Source of the DNA: a virus
Taxonomy: Duplodnaviria; Caudoviricetes
Strand: one strand, 5' to 3'
DNA length: 25,524 nucleotides
IMG/VR virus record: IMGVR_UViG_3300037722_000081
Span: 1-25,524 of that record
Positions 24,855 to 25,524 of this stretch are shown here, piece by piece (position 1 is the first letter of the stretch; each line of letters opens with the position of its first letter). A program made the translations under genes and the position numbers. The notes beneath the pieces were generated by a model, which did not search any database, was not told the DNA's origin, and worked only from the letters and a program-made list of their open reading frames with translations.

Positions 24855-25235
24855 TTAGTCATCTTCTGCGGTTTCTATCTCGCCACCAACATGCAGCGCC
24901 ATCAGCTTCTGCCCGCAGCATCCGTAGCTGGCTACCCATACCGGCGTCAGCGCGCCCATCACGAAATCGCCGCCTTTGTAGCCACATAACACTTGGCCCA
25001 TCGCGGCTTTGCACTCGGCCAGTAAATCAGCGGCCGGGCGCGTGCCTTCCTCCCGCCCAAACGCCAAGTCGCTGTAGTAGCCACGGTAGCTGTGCGCGCT
25101 GTTCAAGTTCGCAACCTCTGCGCCTTCAGGCATCGCTTCCAGAGCGTCGATCAGCTTGCCTAGCATCATCTGCGTTTCAGCGCGCTCTCGTTGCCATTGC
25201 GCGCCCATTCCGTCCATCAAAGCCTGTATGTTCAT
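24855..25235 (-). CDS. Cassette-like ORF: phage hypothetical protein
   Basis: 126 aa with HSYRGYYSDLAF and GYKGGDFVM...TPVWVA. Bounded by GTTATGCC (24845) and GTCATAAC (25259-25266). Confidence 0.8.
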   Translation of the reverse strand: MNIQALMDGMGAQWQRERAETQMMLGKLIDALEAMPEGAEVANLNSAHSYRGYYSDLAFGREEGTRPAADLLAECKAAMGQVLCGYKGGDFVMGALTPVWVASYGCCGQKLMALHVGGEIETAEDD

Positions 25236-25524
25236 TCACGTTCCCCATTGTTGTCACCGTCATAACCTGTCAGTCCAGCGGACGTCGTTGACTGATCCAC
25301 AGTCACATCTACAAACCACTTTTCATAGGCCAGCAATGCTGGCTCAGACCATGAAACCTGATGTTCAGCGCCGAACGCATAAATAATTTCAATCAGGTCA
25401 GAGAATTCTTTTTTTCTAAGCTTTCTTGTCGATACCCCAAGAACAACAAATCCGCCATCTATTCCAGGCACTGCCCTTTGCTTTTTTAATGACGCGGTAA
25501 ATATGTTTTTCCAATCCTCTTCCT
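25232..25524 (-). CDS. ninB: NinB/Orf recombination protein (copy 2; 5' end outside the window)
   Basis: The frame is open to the window edge: EEDWKNIFTASLKKQRAVPGIDGGFVVLGVSTRKLRKKEFSDLIEIIYAFGAEHQVSWS, closely resembling the lambda NinB C-terminal half. Confidence 0.88.
   Translation of the reverse strand, partial: EEDWKNIFTASLKKQRAVPGIDGGFVVLGVSTRKLRKKEFSDLIEIIYAFGAEHQVSWSEPALLAYEKWFVDVTVDQSTTSAGLTGYDGDNNGERE
25260..25293 (+). mobile_element. Degenerate attC (R''-L'' intact, R' lost)
   Basis: TCATAAC, CTGTC, AGT(C)CAGCGG, ACG, TCGTTGACT. No GTT at the expected distance downstream. Confidence 0.6.

Noticed and set aside
24848-25291. 147-aa + strand ORF spanning the distal cassette
   Set aside because: It starts inside the GTT core without an RBS, runs through the attC remnant and is antisense to a motif-bearing 126-aa gene.
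22343-25524. Integron integrase or other tyrosine recombinase
   Set aside because: No ORF of suitable size or with R-H-R-H-Y catalytic motifs is present in the window.

Overview
This is a fragment of a tailed (siphovirus-type) phage or prophage, probably of a proteobacterial host. Bases 97-22342 (+ strand) are a nearly complete late operon. It encodes terminase small and large subunits with an inserted accessory block between them, an HK97-type portal, protease and capsid, head decoration and neck genes, a tail tube, a tail chaperone with a -1 frameshift site, a tape measure, a BR0599/DUF2163-type tail tip module, two DUF2793 proteins (one a fibre) and a peptidase-M15 lysis module. Bases 22386-25524 (- strand) are a convergent accessory/nin-like region of small genes, including two ninB paralogues. 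The most striking signal is in this accessory region, which is built as an integron-like gene-cassette array. It has three intact canonical attC sites (22517-22622, 22873-22959, 23148-23226), a possible attI-like first site (about 22373-22391) and two half or degenerate attC sites (24831-24851, 25260-25293). All sites point the same way and each cassette's ends match. Every cassette ORF is antisense to the canonical cassette orientation, so it is read from the attC bottom strand. No integron integrase is in the window. All family assignments come from motif recognition and gene order, not database searches.
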